From positions 53,429,413-53,493,412 of the forward strand of contig NC_057718.1 in NCBI RefSeq assembly GCF_004010195.1: DNA of 64,000 nucleotides, in the 5' to 3' direction. The position numbers were made by a program, and so were the translations under genes. The notes below the pieces were generated by a model. That model saw only the letters and a program-made list of their open reading frames with translations, was not told the origin of the DNA and did no database searches. Positions 60,801-64,000 of the stretch are shown here, one piece after another; within the stretch, counting starts at the first letter, position 1; the number at the start of each line of letters is the position of its first letter. This DNA comes from Chiloscyllium plagiosum (lineage: Eukaryota).

Positions 60801-63608
60801 CAGCTGTGCTGCCTTCTCTATAGCATTTAATTAAATAATTACTAATAAATCATTTTACAGATCATATTTTCTCTAGTCACACCTGTGGTTATATTTTAAT
60901 ATTTAAATGTTCTACTCAACTAATTGAAATTCCTTGGTTAAGACATGGGAAAACTTGCCAGCCAATCTAATAGGTATTTACTACAACCACTACTTAGTCT
61001 TCGTCTGCTAAATGAATCCTTGCAATTGCAAATGTTGCAACAATTTTGAAACATAAAAAAATGAGAAAAATGCACACCTACCTAATAACTGGACTGAACT
61101 GATTACCTACGTCCCTTATGCATCAATGCAACCATCCATTCTGATTGTTTGAAGAGCTCAGTGATGGGCTGGTAATGTCATGGCTGAGTTACAGAGTCAA
61201 TGTTAAACCCACCCATTAGAAAATTGCATTGCCAACCTGAAAATGATTACTTTGTTCCGGCAGAAACTAAGTCCAGAAGATCCTCTGCCTAATTGTGCTA
61301 TCAACAGCATACATTCTAATTTGAAGAAAAGCAAAGGTTATTGACAGTGCCAAAGTAGCTTAACATGACAGTAGCTACAGTACAGATTGAGCATTTGTAT
61401 ACCTTACTTCCATGATTTTAAATTTGTGAATTTTTCATGCCCAAAGGTGTTAATTTACCCCGGATCTTCATTTTAAAGTGTTGCAACATATAGTGTTCAA
61501 ATTTAAAATGCAGGAGAATTCAATATTCTATCATTTGTACTGCAAAAAGATGGGGATTTACCTTATCTCATATGGAAGAATTGTTGGCTATTGTTCATAC
61601 ATACTATTACCCTCCATTGCTGAAGTATTCACAGCAATGTGACAGCATTCTTCTCTTTTTTCCCTCACTTATTCCCAGAAGCAATTATCTTTTCATCTCC
61701 CTTTCCATTTGCATTGGCACTGCTGTGCTGCTTATTTACACACTGGTATTCTTCAGCAGCGTACAATCCAAATTCATACTGGGCACTTGGATACATTGGC
61801 ACTTTCTCCCAAACACCTACCATTCCAGTTCAGGAAGGCATTAATCTTTGCAGAGACTCTCTTTGCCTATGTCTGATGTAAGTTTTGCAGTTGAAAGGTT
61901 ATAAGGAGTGAGCAGTACTCAGAGCAGAAGTCAAACCAGTTGTATCATTCATTCCCACCCAGTTTTATCCATCTTCATCAGTCTGTTAGTTGAGAGCTGC
62001 TCATGGGAATGAGTGTTTTTAAGCGATCCAGAGCAGGCATGGAGGTAGTGACAGTTGCCAATGGGAGATTGAAATGGAAATTGGTAGTAGGCATGTAGCA
62101 GTATGTTAGGGGGCATTTCAAAGGCAAAAAGTGAAAGGCAATTGTAGGCAGACAAGCCACCATGATCCATCAAGCCCCATTGCACTCAATTGCCTCTATG
62201 CTGCCAGTGCTGAGGACAGATGCTCCCACACTTGCAGAGAGCTAACTGCAATGTACATCCATCAGCACAGACAGAGAAATGTGTACCAATAGCCCCATTG
62301 TTTAATATTGAACCTCTGCGAACTCACATCCACGTTGTCAATTACTCAAGGTTCTCCTCTTAAGGAATGGTAAAAGGGAATATTCCCACCTGACAATGAA
62401 ATTCAGGATTCAGTTGGCGCAGTTGGTCTGCAGCCAAGGAGTAATGCATGGGGTCTGTCTGCAATGCAGAGAAAAGGTGAAGGACTACCTGCATTCTGCA
62501 AGGGAAGGTATGGCTCAAGGTGGGTGGTGTGATGACAGTTAAGCCACTATGTTATCACTTTTCTCTTCCCTACCACTTGCCCCTTCTAGTGATCACTGGT
62601 TCAACTTTTCAAGCATGCTCCTGTCCTGCTGCCCACTTTATGTCAGCTTTGCATGTTACACCAGCTACTCCCGCTCAGTCTGAAACATTGACGATCCACG
62701 CAATGAATGGATGATTTGTACAAACGCAATAATGGTTTTCTATATTCTTTCAGCTATGTTGCTAGAATTTTATTTGGCAGATTTTGTTTTGCTTAACATT
62801 CAAGCTCCCAACTCCATCTCCAGAATTTAATTGTCTCAGTTATCATTTTTAAAAATTTCAGAGATGACTGGTTTCCCTTCTTGAAAAAAAAACAAGTTCT
62901 CAATATCATTTACATTGATGGACTGTGTTGTAAGGATAGGCAAGTTATATTTGAACTACCACCAGTGTTACTTAACAGGGAAGAGATCATGCATTTAACA
63001 GCTACTCATTCAATGCATATTATATTACTTCTGACATTTAAGAGGATAGTTATAATCTCTGGTATAGATTGCAGGGATACCTGGTTCAATTCAGTGATTA
63101 GCCAGCTTAACTCAACTGAACATCACAACTGACCACTTGAATCACCTACTGTGTTAATGATCTAATCATCCATCTGTCCACTTGACCAATTCCATAACTA
63201 GTCAACTCCTCCCTGGCAACTCAATTTCTAACCCCAGTTTGTTACTGCTCATCTAATCTAATACCAACCTGCCAACAGCTTACTTTTTTACCCCTTGACA
63301 TACGACTACTGAACCACCAGATAACTCACCTAGAACCTCAGCTACTTCCCATTCATGAGTTTACCTAACCCAACGCTTACCCTAACCCAGCTACTCACAT
63401 CACCACCAATTACCCGAGCTCTGATCACCAATGCAACCACCCAACCAGTCACCAGACCTCCCCAGACAAGCCTACCACAAGACTACTTGGCCAAATACTC
63501 ATTATTATCCATCCAGTCACCCAAATACCCACACAAACTTCTGACTACTTACTGGACCATCTGACTACCCAGCCAACATCCAACTATTCAGCTGCTCCTC
63601 CACCTTCC

Positions 63609-63768
63609 ACAGTCCAAAGATGTGCAGGCCAGGTGAATTGGCCATGTTTAAAATTGCCCGTAGTGTTAGTTAAGGGGTAAATGTAGGGGTATGGGTGGGT
63701 TGCGCTTCGGCGGGGCGGTGTGGACTTGTTGGGCCGAAGGGCCTGTTTCCACACTAAGTAATCTAATC
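63609..63768 (+). mobile_element. HE1-type SINE 3' half
   Basis: CACAGTCCAAAGATGTGCAGG...GGGCCGAAGGGCCTGTTTCC...AATCTAATCT. Confidence 0.85.
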
Positions 63769-64000
63769 TGTACTTGGAAAGGCAATGCCCAATTCACTGA
63801 GGGTGTTCATTAAATTCATGCAAGTTATTGAAACTGAAATGCATTATGCAACATTCAAGTAAATGCCAAGAAACAAATGAGAAAACATTTTAGAAAAGTA
63901 TAGGACTTTTCGGGATATTGGAGGCATTACTGTTGGAAAATTGCTCAAGCATATATCCATATACAGACAGGGTAAGAGGAAATAGGAGTATTGTGGGTTT

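Noticed and set aside
63130..63600. C/A-rich tract as a telomeric or structured repeat
   Set aside because: Only isolated CCTAACCC matches. Degenerate low-complexity sequence without a definable unit.

Overview
Repeat-rich vertebrate genomic DNA, not prokaryotic or viral. The repeat set points to an elasmobranch, most likely a shark (inference). It includes HE1-type tRNA-derived SINEs, many CR1/HER1-like LINE fragments, a Rex1/Babar LINE, two Tx1-clade LINEs (one 3.15 kb copy with a 20-bp TSD), Penelope-like elements (PLEs), degraded Harbinger transposase and Myb/SANT remnants, a 1.3-kb minisatellite with a 25-bp unit, and a 608-N assembly gap. No intact, recognisable host gene is present; a phase-compatible chain of three candidate minus-strand exons (13039-8445) is tentative. 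The most notable structure is a set of 160-230-bp PLE-terminus insertions, mostly fold-backs, flanked by 12-15-bp TSDs. The hairpin copies carry a minimal type I hammerhead-ribozyme core on both strands, back to back at the apex. There is also an unexplained inverted duplication with ~250-bp arms (26906-27651). All calls are by eye, repeat boundaries are approximate, and no database search was run.
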